DNA of 64,000 bases from a virus. Both the position numbers and the translations under genes were made by a program. The stretch spans positions 758 through 64,757 of IMG/VR virus record IMGVR_UViG_3300031920_000373, one strand, 5' to 3'. Below are positions 37,101 to 46,917 of the stretch, piece after piece; positions within the stretch are counted from its first letter, which is position 1, and every line of letters begins with the position of its first letter. Under the pieces are notes generated by a model, which was given only the letters and a program-made list of their open reading frames with translations, did no database searches and had not been told where the DNA came from.

Positions 37101-37701
37101 AAAATATCCAGGTGCCATTCTTGCCAATGCATCAAAGCATGACCGAATCAAAGCATTGGTACATGATCTTTTGGTGGAAATCAATGAAAATCCAAATAGA
37201 ACGGGATTGAAAGATACCCCTGAACGTGTTGCCAAAATGTACTCTGAAATATTCAGAGGATACGATGATTCACAGAAACCGAACCTTACTGTTTTTCCAA
37301 ATGACGATGATGGGCTTTCCTTCAAAGGTATGATAATTGATCAAGGATACTTTTTCAGTCATTGTGAGCATCATATGGTTCCCTTCTTTGGTCATTATTA
37401 CTTCGGATATATTCCCGATAAAACACTGATTGGCGCCTCAAAGATTGGTAGATTGATCAATTTCCATTCAGCCAAATTGCAGATAGCGGAGCGCCTGTGT
37501 CGTGTTGTGATAGATGACATTGAGGAGGCTGTGAAACCTCAGGGTTGTATTCTCATAATGACTGCCCGCCATTTGTGTAAAGAAATGAGAGGAGTCAAGA
37601 TGTTTAACAGCCCGTTTGAGGCGGACGATGCACGTGGTTGCTTCCTTGAAAATCATGCAGGATGTAAAGATGAATTTATTAGCAGAATAGGAATTAAATA
37701 A
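37090..37701 (+). CDS. folE: GTP cyclohydrolase I
   Basis: GLKDTPERVAKMY, SHCEHHMVPF, GASKIGR, LQIAERL, HLCKEMRGV. Confidence 0.95.
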   Translation: MISRKYPGAILANASKHDRIKALVHDLLVEINENPNRTGLKDTPERVAKMYSEIFRGYDDSQKPNLTVFPNDDDGLSFKGMIIDQGYFFSHCEHHMVPFFGHYYFGYIPDKTLIGASKIGRLINFHSAKLQIAERLCRVVIDDIEEAVKPQGCILIMTARHLCKEMRGVKMFNSPFEADDARGCFLENHAGCKDEFISRIGIK

Positions 37702-38166
37702 ATGAAACATAAACATCTTGGATCAAACAAAACGGACTATCAGTTCTCCGAGCCCTCGGCTGATCTTCTGGACACATTCAAAAACAAACACCCTAATATC
37801 TATCTGGTACCATTTGTTATGCCCCGGGATGAGTTCACAAGTCTTTGTCCCGTCACGAATCAGCCTGACCAGGCAAAGATTGAAATAATCTATGTGCCTT
37901 TCGATGATATGGTTGAAAGTAAGTCCTTGAAACTGTATCTTTTCTCCTTTAGAAATAACGGAGAGTTTCATGAGGATGTTATTAACAGAATAGCCAAGGA
38001 TCTGTATTCAGCAATGAAGCCCTTGTATATTCGTGTTTATGGTGACTTTGCTCCACGTGGGGGTATTGCAATCAAACCCATGGTTGAATTGTGGAATTCC
38101 AATGACCCTCATGATACAAAGCTGATTGAAAATTATGTGAAAATGTGGGACAGGAAAAGGAATTAA
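37702..38166 (+). CDS. queF: NADPH-dependent preQ0 reductase (short, type I)
   Basis: [13 protein letters not shown], QueF motif [19 protein letters not shown]. Confidence 0.92.
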   Translation: MKHKHLGSNKTDYQFSEPSADLLDTFKNKHPNIYLVPFVMPRDEFTSLCPVTNQPDQAKIEIIYVPFDDMVESKSLKLYLFSFRNNGEFHEDVINRIAKDLYSAMKPLYIRVYGDFAPRGGIAIKPMVELWNSNDPHDTKLIENYVKMWDRKRN

Positions 38167-38167
38167 T

Positions 38168-40081
38168 ATGAAAACTCCAGGCAGAGAAGATGTTTCTCTA
38201 ATGCTTGATTCCGGTGCTTTCTCTGCCTGGATGAAACAAGAGGAGATATCAGTCGAGGACTACGGTAAGTTCCTTCAGCAACATGGAAATGATTTTGATC
38301 TGATTGTTAACCTTGATGTAATTCCGGGCAAATTCGGGCAGAAGGAAATACCCGAAGCTGAAATGATCAAGTCCATTGAACAAGGCTGGAGAAATTATTA
38401 CAGACTAATTGAAATGGGAGTCCCTAAGAATAAGCTCCTTCATGTATTTCACCAAGGAGAGCCCTTTCACTATCTTGAAAAAATGGTAAAGGAGATGGAA
38501 TATATAGGAATCTCTCCTGCAAATGATAGAACCACAAAAGAAAAGAAAAAGTGGCTGGACGAGTGCATGAAATATATTGTGGATAGTAAGGGAAAAGCCC
38601 AAATCAAATTCCACGGGTTCGGTATGACTTCTTTGCACTTGATCTGGCGTTATCCTTGGTTCTGTATGACAGAAGAGGATCATGAGGTATTAACAAAAAC
38701 TGGATGGAAATTTAGAGAAGATTTATCCATAGGGGAGGAGGTATTAACATTCGATAAAGGAGCATCTAAGTGGGAACGTATTTTAGATATTCCTACATTT
38801 CCAGTAAAAGATATTGATATCAATGTAATGGAAAATAGAAACTTTTGTGCCAAAGTTACAGATAATCATAATTGGATTACTTGTCCTCAATATAATAGAG
38901 GAAATAATTGGAAGTGGAAAACAACACACACACTGAACTCCAATGATTGTATACCTAGAATAGGAAAATACACTTTCCCTGAAACTAAAATATATATGGA
39001 CAGTTTCATTGAATTATTGGCTTGGTTTTGGACTGATGGAACAATCAACAAAAGGGAAAAATATAATCAGGATAGTATTTCTATTTATCAATCTGAAAGT
39101 GCTAATTCCGATAAATGTAAGATGATCCAGGATTTGTTAAATTACAGTGGAGAACCGCATTGTAAAAGTGTGTCAAAAGAGGACAATTTAGCAAATTTTG
39201 AAATGTATGGAGACATTACTAAGGCTATATTAGAATTTGCTCCATTTAAAAAACTACCTTTAGATTTTATATTTGATCTTACTAAGGAACAGTTACAGAA
39301 ATTTGTAGATATTTGTGTCCTGGCTGATGGCACAGACACAAAACTGGTAAGACGTGATTCATTTAATATTACAGTTTCAAGACAGGTGAAAAAAGACAAT
39401 CTTGAGGTTCTCCGTATAGCTTGTTTATTGTTGGGTATACCTACTTCTATTTCTTATGGAAACCAAGGGTATAAGACTTTACAATCATCCTCAGTTGATT
39501 ATGTGTATAATCATTCACTTAAAAAACACAAGGAAAAATATACAGGAAATATATGGTGTTTACAGGTGCCAAGTAAAGCTTTTTTTACAAGATGTGACAA
39601 TAAGATATATGTCACAGGAAACTCAATTGACAGTACTACATGGGTTTTGGTTGGTGCTATGGGGGGTGTTATGATGCCTAAAATTAAGTATGGCAGATAC
39701 ACTTACAGGCAATCACCAATCATACTTCCCATCACCACAAAGAACGACATAAAAAAACCTTTCCATTATCAAAATCTATCAGAAATAGAACAAAGCAAGG
39801 TGCAACGATACTTTAATGATCGTGGCTTTGATGTCAAAACCCTGGAAACGGAAGGAATGGAGAGAGACAGAGCCAACATGAGGTTCTTTCTTGATCTTGA
39901 ACAAACCTTGACTGATACAAAGGTGTACTTTGCTGGTAACTTTCCCATGCTTCATAAGATGGAGAGAGAGTTCAAGACAATGGATTTGGCTTTAAAAATA
40001 ACTGATAAGTGGAGAAGGCTGGGCTCTTATTATCACCAGAACTATCTCCTTAAATTACTTGATCTAAAACGGAGGAAATAA
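38168..40081 (+). CDS. dpdA: DpdA-like DNA 7-deazaguanine transglycosylase (TGT fold), intein-containing
   Basis: LMLDSGAFSAW, NLDVIPG, HVFHQGE, FHGFG, RYPWF|intein|SIDSTTW; located in the que cluster. Confidence 0.85.
   Translation: MKTPGREDVSLMLDSGAFSAWMKQEEISVEDYGKFLQQHGNDFDLIVNLDVIPGKFGQKEIPEAEMIKSIEQGWRNYYRLIEMGVPKNKLLHVFHQGEPFHYLEKMVKEMEYIGISPANDRTTKEKKKWLDECMKYIVDSKGKAQIKFHGFGMTSLHLIWRYPWFCMTEEDHEVLTKTGWKFREDLSIGEEVLTFDKGASKWERILDIPTFPVKDIDINVMENRNFCAKVTDNHNWITCPQYNRGNNWKWKTTHTLNSNDCIPRIGKYTFPETKIYMDSFIELLAWFWTDGTINKREKYNQDSISIYQSESANSDKCKMIQDLLNYSGEPHCKSVSKEDNLANFEMYGDITKAILEFAPFKKLPLDFIFDLTKEQLQKFVDICVLADGTDTKLVRRDSFNITVSRQVKKDNLEVLRIACLLLGIPTSISYGNQGYKTLQSSSVDYVYNHSLKKHKEKYTGNIWCLQVPSKAFFTRCDNKIYVTGNSIDSTTWVLVGAMGGVMMPKIKYGRYTYRQSPIILPITTKNDIKKPFHYQNLSEIEQSKVQRYFNDRGFDVKTLETEGMERDRANMRFFLDLEQTLTDTKVYFAGNFPMLHKMEREFKTMDLALKITDKWRRLGSYYHQNYLLKLLDLKRRK
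38663..39622 (+). mobile_element. Intein with LAGLIDADG endonuclease in DpdA (320 aa)
   Basis: CMTEEDHEVLTKTGW; VTDNHNW; LLAWFWTDG and ICVLADG; IWCLQVPSKAFFTRCDNKIYVTGN followed by +1 Ser. Confidence 0.9.
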
Positions 40082-40263
40082 TGACTGAGGAAGAATTTAA
40101 ACTTTGGGCTACATTAAAAATCCTAAAACTCAGGGAAATGTTAGATTTTGATAATTCATTATTCACCACAACTGAATTAGATATGTTGTTCGCAATAAAG
40201 GAGCAACACAAAAATGAAGATAGGAAAAAAGAAAAAGGAAAAATCGTACAATTATTCCAATAA
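40081..40263 (+). CDS. Hypothetical protein
   Basis: TAATG coupling. Confidence 0.55.
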   Translation: MTEEEFKLWATLKILKLREMLDFDNSLFTTTELDMLFAIKEQHKNEDRKKEKGKIVQLFQ

Positions 40264-40275
40264 AGGAGCAGAATA

Positions 40276-41292
40276 ATGGATAGGAAAAAGTTACTGGATG
40301 TCTTAAAGAAAGTTAAACCCGGAATAGCAGAAAAGGACATAGTTGAGTCAATGACCTATTTCTATTTTTCTGGGAAAGAAGTTGTAACCTATAATGACAA
40401 GATATCAATCTTGCATCCTCTTGAAACTGACTTCAATCTGTTTGTGAAGGCGGCTGATCTATACAAGATTGTCTCCTTGTCAAAAGCGGATGTTCTTAAA
40501 ATTGAGGAAAAAGGGAATAATCTCAATATCAGATCACCCAAAATGAATGTCAATCTCACTACTATTATTGATGAGGAGATAGTTGATAGGATTGGACTGA
40601 TTGATAAATCCCTTAAAGATGTTAAGTGGAAAAAACTCCCTGCAAACTTCATGGAAAATGCTGTTCTTTGTGCATTTGCGGCGGCCAAGGTAGAGGCTGA
40701 ATCAACTCTTTCCTGTGTATATTTCAACGGAGAGAACAGCATGGCGTTTGATAATGACCAGTTTGCTTCTGCCAAGCTTGCTGGCAAGGTAGATGAAATG
40801 TTCATCAAAGCTTCCCAGCTTTCAAACCTTTCGTCAATCAATCCTACGATGTATGTCCGAACAAAAGCTTGGATCCATTTCAAGAGTACAGATGGATGCA
40901 TCTTTTCTATAAGAAGAATTGATGGAGACTTTCCCCAAAAAGACATGGAAGATGCTCTTGACTTTGAGGGAAGGACTGTTGATCTATCAGAGGATATACT
41001 TGAAGGAACTGATATTGCTTCCATCTTTGTTGATACAATGGAACCCGTGGTTACTATCAAGATCACAAAAGGCAGATGTATTGTATCGGTAAAATCTGAA
41101 GGAGGGGGATCACAACATAGATCCAAGATCGAATATGAAGGTGCGGATATAGAGTTCAACTTAAACCCTGATTTTCTAAGGGAAATGCTAAATCATTCCA
41201 CGACCATCACCATTGATGATGAGTCCACAAAGGCAAAGTTGTCCACTGAAAACTTCACTATGATGACCAGTTTGAAATCAATACAGGAGTAA
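40276..41292 (+). CDS. DNA sliding clamp (beta-clamp-like)
   Basis: About 340 aa with three-domain beta-clamp-like pattern (RRIDGDFP, IEFNLNPDFLREML); next to the polymerase. Confidence 0.8.
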   Translation: MDRKKLLDVLKKVKPGIAEKDIVESMTYFYFSGKEVVTYNDKISILHPLETDFNLFVKAADLYKIVSLSKADVLKIEEKGNNLNIRSPKMNVNLTTIIDEEIVDRIGLIDKSLKDVKWKKLPANFMENAVLCAFAAAKVEAESTLSCVYFNGENSMAFDNDQFASAKLAGKVDEMFIKASQLSNLSSINPTMYVRTKAWIHFKSTDGCIFSIRRIDGDFPQKDMEDALDFEGRTVDLSEDILEGTDIASIFVDTMEPVVTIKITKGRCIVSVKSEGGGSQHRSKIEYEGADIEFNLNPDFLREMLNHSTTITIDDESTKAKLSTENFTMMTSLKSIQE

Positions 41293-41296
41293 TTCT

Positions 41297-44200
41297 ATGG
41301 GATTTTTCACTAAATCCCAGTTATCTAAGCGGTCCGAGGTCAAGGTTGATGTCAATGACTTGGAATCGGATTGCTTGGCTTGTGGGTTATTCAAAGACAC
41401 AATCCATCCAAAGATGGAATACTCAGGACAAGGTCAAAAGAAGATTCTCATTATAGGTGAATTTTCAAGTGACGAAGATGACCAATATGGTCAACATTTC
41501 TATGGAGAACGAGGCGATCCATTAAGACAGCAATTAAGGTTCAATAATGTCAATATGAACAAGGATTGCTGGAAAGTTAACGCTGTTCGATGCAATCCTG
41601 ATGGACTTAATTTACCCAGTCCTGGCCAGGTTCAAAACTGCTTCCCGTATATCAAAAAAATGATCAAACAGTTAAAACCTAAATTGATACTTCTTCTGGG
41701 TGATTTGGCTATTTCTTCATTGTACGGAAAGGATTTTTCAAACAGAAGCATACACAGATGGAGAAAGTATGTTATACCCGATCAAGAGTTCAGTTGTAAT
41801 GTTATTCCTCTATATCATCCCTATCATCTTTTCCGTCAATCCAAGAAAAAGAAGAAGAAAGACAAAAACCTCGAAAGTGTATTCAATCGGGATCTAAAAT
41901 TTGCTCTCAGACAGTTGGAACGCCCGGTTTTAACGACAAAGAACTATGAAAGCAATGTCACACTGTTAACAGACTTCAACCGCGTTAAAAAGCTGTTAAA
42001 TCGAATCCTCAAGCGTAAATCAAAAATCTATTTTGATTATGAGTCCACAGGACTAAAGCCTTTCAGAAAAGGCCATAAGATTGTGACCATTGGTGTTGCT
42101 GTATCTGCCTCAAAAGCGTTTGCGTTTCCTTATCAGTGGAAAAGTTTCTGGACTCCCTCTGAATTAAAGGTTATAAAGAAACTCTGGAAAAAGATTCTCA
42201 GGGATGATGAAATCCTAAAGATGGCGCACAATTGCTTTTCAGGTGATACAAAATATATAACTAAAGAAGGATTGAAGTCCTTTATTGATACAGAGAACAC
42301 TACCCAAACAGTGTGGACAAAGGAAGGATGGAAGGATGCTAAAGTTAAATGTTATGGAAAAGATCATCTTTCTAAAATAGTAGTAGGCCCTGAACTTAGA
42401 AGTAGATCCAAGATTAAAAGAACTATTCACAGCACTGAAAATCACCGTTGGATTGTAAAAAGAAAATTCAATCATTGTTACCCTAATCCCTCTACCTTTA
42501 AAACTATAGAGGTTACCACAGACCAATTGAAATTAAGGGATAATATAATTTCGGAAATGCCCGAATTCACAATTGATCAAAATACAGAGGCTTTTAGACA
42601 TGGATTAATCCTTGCGGATGGAGGTCGTTCCAGTAAACATTCCCTTCATTTTCAAATCAGACTATGTGGTAAAAAAGAAAAGTATAAAGACATTTTTCCT
42701 AAATATACGTACCCCCTTTCTGCTAATGGTGATCCGGTTGTGAATTACTATAAAGCCTCTTGTGATATGAAGAAAGTTCCTGAGAATCCTACGGCAGAGT
42801 ATGTAGCAAACTTTATAGCAGGATGGGATGCTGGTGACGGCACAGATTCAGCAACTGGAAGATCAAGAGTCATAACTACCTTTAATAAAGAACACGCTAC
42901 ATGGTTAAAGGACAATGCAGAACTTGGTGGATGGAAATGTACTGGATTTTCAGAACATATTAATTCGAAAGACTTTGATGGGAATTATATAGACCCGCAC
43001 CCTTACTGGATGATAATATTAACAAAGGAGAAAGTAAACTGGACAGTAAAAGAAATAAAACACAAGGATAGATACGAGAAAGTGTACTGTGTTTCTTTAC
43101 CAAAAGAGGAATTTACTCTCCAATATGGTATTTACACAAGGAATTGCAAATTTGAGCAAGTGTGGTCAAAGGTTATGTTCAATGTAATGCCTAAGATTCA
43201 CTTTGATACTATGATGGCAGAACATATCTTGGACAATAGATCAGCCTCAACAGGTTTGAAATTTCAGACGTTCATAAGGTTCGGTGTTAAGCCCTATGAT
43301 AAAGATATTGCTCCCTTCCTAAAAGCAAAGAATGGAGAATTTAATACCATAGAAAAAGCACCATTCAAAGAGTTATTAACATACAATGGACTTGACTGCA
43401 TTTATGGATGGATGGTATACGATAGACAGATCCTTGAAATAACCAAAAGACGGGACGTAAAGGATGCAATGAAAAGCGTTCTCGGTGAGGTTGATGCTCC
43501 CGAAAAAAGCCTACTTGGTGCTTACAATTTCTTCATGCGTGGTAACGAACAGATGGCTATTATCCAGCTTAACGGGATCAATATGGATTCCATTTATTAT
43601 CAAAAAGCTGAAAAGAATCTGGAAAAGAAAGTCAAGGAGTTAAAGCACGGATTGGAGAATGGTCGTGAAGCGGAAATGTTTCATAAAATGTTCGGACGAC
43701 CAATCAGGATCACATCCAATCAAGATCTCGGAAAACTATTCTATGAAGTTCTGGGAAAAGATCCCGTCTATACTGCTAAAGGGGGGTATAAGACAGATAA
43801 AATGACTCTGGAGAGTTTGAATCTACCTTATGTAAAAAACCTCCTTAAAATGAAAAAGTACGAGAAAGCCAAGGGAACTTATCTTGGTCAGTTTGCAAGA
43901 GAGATATTTAGGACAAAGATGTATCCATTCTGGGATCTTAATATTCCTGTCAGTTATAGGAGTTCATCATCAAAACCAAACTTTCAGAATATTCCTAAAC
44001 GTGATGCAGAGATAAAGGCAATCATTAGAATGGGAATTGTTCCGAAAAAGGGATGTGTGTTAAGTGAAATTGATTTTTCAGGTGCGGAGGTTATAACTTC
44101 CGCCACTTACCACAAGGATCCAACATTTATTGCCTACTTGACAGAAAAAGATGCATCAGGTGAGTTGATAAATGATATGCATAGAGATAATGCAACTGAC

Positions 44201-44974
44201 CTTTTGATGTTACCTCCTGATATGCTTGAGAATCCTAAGTATTCAAGGGACCAGAAAAAGTTAATTAAAAAGATTCGATTCTTTGCCAAGAACAATTGGA
44301 CTTTTGCTCAGTTCTACGGTGATTGGTTTGGTTCGTGTGCTCCTATGTTCTGGGAGAATGTTATTGAGGTGGACTTAGAACTTCCTAATGGCATGACTTG
44401 CCGAGAATGGCTTGAAGAAAAAGGCATCTATGAACTCGGAGAAGTAAAAGATGGAACTCCCACAGAGGGAAGCTTCATGGAGCATTGTGCCCATGTCCAA
44501 GAAAAGATGTGGAATGAACGATTTCCTGTATATACTCAGTGGAAGAAGGATATAGTTGAGAAATATAGAGAACATGGTTTTATTCCCAATCATTTCGGTT
44601 TCAGATTCACAGGATATATGTCCGATAATCAGTGTACAAACTATCCCATCCAGTCAGCAAGTTTCCATCTGTTGGTTCATACTCTGATTGAGGTACAGAA
44701 GTTCATTGATAAAAATAACCTGAAAACAAAGATAGTTGGGCAAATTCATGATAGTATTATCAGCAATGTTCCTGAAAATGAGATCAAATTCTACCATGCA
44801 GGTGTTAACAAGATTGTAAAAGGCCTGATGAATGAATTTAAGTGGTTGATAATTCCAATGGAAATCGAAGCTGAAATAACCAAGTTAAGAGAAGATGGAG
44901 GAAACTTTTCTGACCTTAGAGAAGGTGACCCTGATAATATGGATTATGAAACAATCTGGAAGGAGGCAGCATGA
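41297..44974 (+). CDS. polA: Family A DNA polymerase with N-terminal uracil-DNA-glycosylase family 4-like domain, 3'-5' exonuclease and intein
   Basis: CLAC...IIGE...NAVRC...YHP (UDG4-like); YFDYESTGL, HN|CKFE, YNGLDC (exo I-III); PNFQNIP, EIDFSGAEV, AKNNWTFAQFYG, NYPIQS, QIHDS. Confidence 0.93.
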   Translation: MGFFTKSQLSKRSEVKVDVNDLESDCLACGLFKDTIHPKMEYSGQGQKKILIIGEFSSDEDDQYGQHFYGERGDPLRQQLRFNNVNMNKDCWKVNAVRCNPDGLNLPSPGQVQNCFPYIKKMIKQLKPKLILLLGDLAISSLYGKDFSNRSIHRWRKYVIPDQEFSCNVIPLYHPYHLFRQSKKKKKKDKNLESVFNRDLKFALRQLERPVLTTKNYESNVTLLTDFNRVKKLLNRILKRKSKIYFDYESTGLKPFRKGHKIVTIGVAVSASKAFAFPYQWKSFWTPSELKVIKKLWKKILRDDEILKMAHNCFSGDTKYITKEGLKSFIDTENTTQTVWTKEGWKDAKVKCYGKDHLSKIVVGPELRSRSKIKRTIHSTENHRWIVKRKFNHCYPNPSTFKTIEVTTDQLKLRDNIISEMPEFTIDQNTEAFRHGLILADGGRSSKHSLHFQIRLCGKKEKYKDIFPKYTYPLSANGDPVVNYYKASCDMKKVPENPTAEYVANFIAGWDAGDGTDSATGRSRVITTFNKEHATWLKDNAELGGWKCTGFSEHINSKDFDGNYIDPHPYWMIILTKEKVNWTVKEIKHKDRYEKVYCVSLPKEEFTLQYGIYTRNCKFEQVWSKVMFNVMPKIHFDTMMAEHILDNRSASTGLKFQTFIRFGVKPYDKDIAPFLKAKNGEFNTIEKAPFKELLTYNGLDCIYGWMVYDRQILEITKRRDVKDAMKSVLGEVDAPEKSLLGAYNFFMRGNEQMAIIQLNGINMDSIYYQKAEKNLEKKVKELKHGLENGREAEMFHKMFGRPIRITSNQDLGKLFYEVLGKDPVYTAKGGYKTDKMTLESLNLPYVKNLLKMKKYEKAKGTYLGQFAREIFRTKMYPFWDLNIPVSYRSSSSKPNFQNIPKRDAEIKAIIRMGIVPKKGCVLSEIDFSGAEVITSATYHKDPTFIAYLTEKDASGELINDMHRDNATDLLMLPPDMLENPKYSRDQKKLIKKIRFFAKNNWTFAQFYGDWFGSCAPMFWENVIEVDLELPNGMTCREWLEEKGIYELGEVKDGTPTEGSFMEHCAHVQEKMWNERFPVYTQWKKDIVEKYREHGFIPNHFGFRFTGYMSDNQCTNYPIQSASFHLLVHTLIEVQKFIDKNNLKTKIVGQIHDSIISNVPENEIKFYHAGVNKIVKGLMNEFKWLIIPMEIEAEITKLREDGGNFSDLREGDPDNMDYETIWKEAA
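42233..43144 (+). mobile_element. Intein with LAGLIDADG endonuclease in the polymerase Exo II motif (304 aa)
   Basis: CFSGDTKYIT; STENHRW; FRHGLILADG and IAGWDAGDG; KVYCVSLPKEEFTLQYGIYTRN followed by +1 Cys. Confidence 0.9.
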
Positions 44975-45000
44975 AAATAATAACCGCAGAATCGGCAATG

Positions 45001-45054
45001 TTAATGATTTATCATTAAAAAATACTTGACTTTTCATTGAAATTAGAATACTGT
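45001..45054 (+). promoter_or_regulatory. Class II promoter with upstream palindrome
   Basis: TTAATGA-TTTA-TCATTAA, 7 bp, TTGACT-N17-TACTGT. Confidence 0.75.
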
Positions 45055-45096
45055 ATAAAAATAAATGAAAATCAATACGTATATAGAGGAAACATT

Positions 45097-45411
45097 ATGG
45101 GCAAAACAATCAGCGTTACAATTCCTGAGCCTTTGGAAGCCTTATTGCAAAATAAGGCTGATATAGCAGGGATGTCAAGATCAAGGTTTATATGTAACAT
45201 TCTATTAAAGTGGGAAGAAAAGATGAAACAACCAAGAAGGCCCACTGAAATACCGGATAATATGGACATGGACACTGTTCCGAATGATTGTCCGAATCGG
45301 GATTCTGATGGGTTTTGTGTAGTGTTTGATCTTGTATGTAATGCTCCGCAACCTGAAGCAAATACATGTGTGGGTTGTCCGCGTGATGGTGACAAAGGGG
45401 GTGGCTCTTGA
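45097..45411 (+). CDS. Ribbon-helix-helix protein with Cys-rich C-terminus
   Basis: MGKTISVTIPEPLEALLQNKADIAGMSRSRFICNIL; CPNR...C...C...CVGCP. Confidence 0.7.
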   Translation: MGKTISVTIPEPLEALLQNKADIAGMSRSRFICNILLKWEEKMKQPRRPTEIPDNMDMDTVPNDCPNRDSDGFCVVFDLVCNAPQPEANTCVGCPRDGDKGGGS

Positions 45412-46388
45412 GTTTGCAAACTGTTTATAGACCATCAACATTGAAAATGCTGGCAGGAAACCCTGATATCAAAAACAACCTCGAGACTATGTTAAAGAGA
45501 GACCAGCCTCCGGCTGCATTCTTAATTGTTGGACCTTCTGGATGCGGTAAAACTACTTTGGGAAGAATTATAGCCAGAGGGCTTGGGTGCTCCAAATCAT
45601 CATTTAAGGAAATGAATACTGCAAATGACAGAGGACTTCCTGCAATACGAAAAGTTCTTGAAAAATTACATTATCTTCCTTTAAAAGGAAAGAAAAAGGT
45701 CGTATTGTTTGATGAAGCTCACCAAATAACACATGCATCACAGGAAGCATTATTGAAAGCATTGGAAGAGCCTCCCAAGCATGTTCATTTCATAATCTGC
45801 ACCACAAATCCCGAAGCTCTTAAAGACACATTTAAACGGCGTTGTCACATTTATGAAGTTGCACTATTGACAAGCAATGAACTCTTAAAAATGATGCGGC
45901 GGATCTTATCTAATGAGTTCAAAAAGACTCCCGACAAAGCAAAGAACTTTCCGATTGACATTCTTGACAGGATAATTGAACTATCAGGTGGATCCGCAGG
46001 AATTGCTCTGAAAAATTTAGATATGGTAATTGATATGAGTGATGACATTAAGGGAGCTTTGAAAACCCTAAAATCATCAGGCACTACTGAGGCAGAAGTT
46101 CTGGACATTTGCCGTGCCATTCTCAATTTCGGTATCTCAGATAAAGCAAGATGGACCAGAGTTCGTAAACTCCTCACCTCTCTAAAAACAGATGGAGAAT
46201 CAGCAAGACGGCCTATCATGGGTTATCTTTCCAAAGTACTCATCAATAATTCTATGGACAACAATAATGACCTCATTGCAGAGATCATGATGGAGTTCCG
46301 TAAAAACTTCTATGACAGCGGAAAGGACGAACTAAGGTTAGCTTGCTATGCCGCCTGCTCTGCAGGAGAAGAGGAGGAGGAGGAGTAA
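45408..46388 (+). CDS. Clamp loader AAA+ ATPase (DnaX/RFC-like)
   Basis: GPSGCGKTT, LFDEAHQIT, ALLKALEEPP, FIICTT. Confidence 0.88.
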   Translation: MSLQTVYRPSTLKMLAGNPDIKNNLETMLKRDQPPAAFLIVGPSGCGKTTLGRIIARGLGCSKSSFKEMNTANDRGLPAIRKVLEKLHYLPLKGKKKVVLFDEAHQITHASQEALLKALEEPPKHVHFIICTTNPEALKDTFKRRCHIYEVALLTSNELLKMMRRILSNEFKKTPDKAKNFPIDILDRIIELSGGSAGIALKNLDMVIDMSDDIKGALKTLKSSGTTEAEVLDICRAILNFGISDKARWTRVRKLLTSLKTDGESARRPIMGYLSKVLINNSMDNNNDLIAEIMMEFRKNFYDSGKDELRLACYAACSAGEEEEEE

Positions 46389-46392
46389 TAAA

Positions 46393-46917
46393 ATGCCTGA
46401 ACTTAGGAATTATAATATTGATATTGAGGTTGATGAGAATGACCTTGAGGGTGAATGGATAACTCATGCCTCCCTTTACATGCATTACGCAAAGATCCTT
46501 GCAGATTCCATTGCCAACCGTGATGAAGCAAAATTGAAGATGGACTGGGTTGCTGCTAATATTGACCTTGATGTTAGAAAACATTGGCAATCAAAATACG
46601 GTCTGGAGAAGTTAACTGAAGGTGCCGTAAAAAACATTACTATGATCAATAAAAAATATCTTAAGGCATATAGAAAATTCAATAAATGTGTTAAGATAGT
46701 TAATTCCATGACCGGAGTTAGAACGGCTTTTGAGCATAAGAAACATGCTCTCGGAAACCTTGTCTCAATGCAGATATCGGGTTTCAATTCGGAGCCGAGA
46801 AACAAGGTCAGGGACTTACAGAAAAATATCAGTTCTGGCGATAATTTTAGACACAAAAAGGATCTGAATACGAGGATGAAAAACAGGAGTAAAAAAAAGG
46901 AGGAGACAAGTGAATGA
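46393..46917 (+). CDS. UvsY-like recombination mediator
   Basis: Helical protein (IEVDENDLEGEWITHASLYMHY...AFEHKKHAL) between the clamp loader and SSB/RecA. Confidence 0.55.
   Translation: MPELRNYNIDIEVDENDLEGEWITHASLYMHYAKILADSIANRDEAKLKMDWVAANIDLDVRKHWQSKYGLEKLTEGAVKNITMINKKYLKAYRKFNKCVKIVNSMTGVRTAFEHKKHALGNLVSMQISGFNSEPRNKVRDLQKNISSGDNFRHKKDLNTRMKNRSKKKEETSE

Noticed and set aside
38168-40081. tRNA-guanine transglycosylase (queuosine tRNA modification)
   Set aside because: Motifs (DSGAF, HGFG, SxDSxxW) and phage replication-cluster context fit DNA-acting DpdA. No queA/queG or tRNA genes were seen, nor a TGT C-terminal zinc site.
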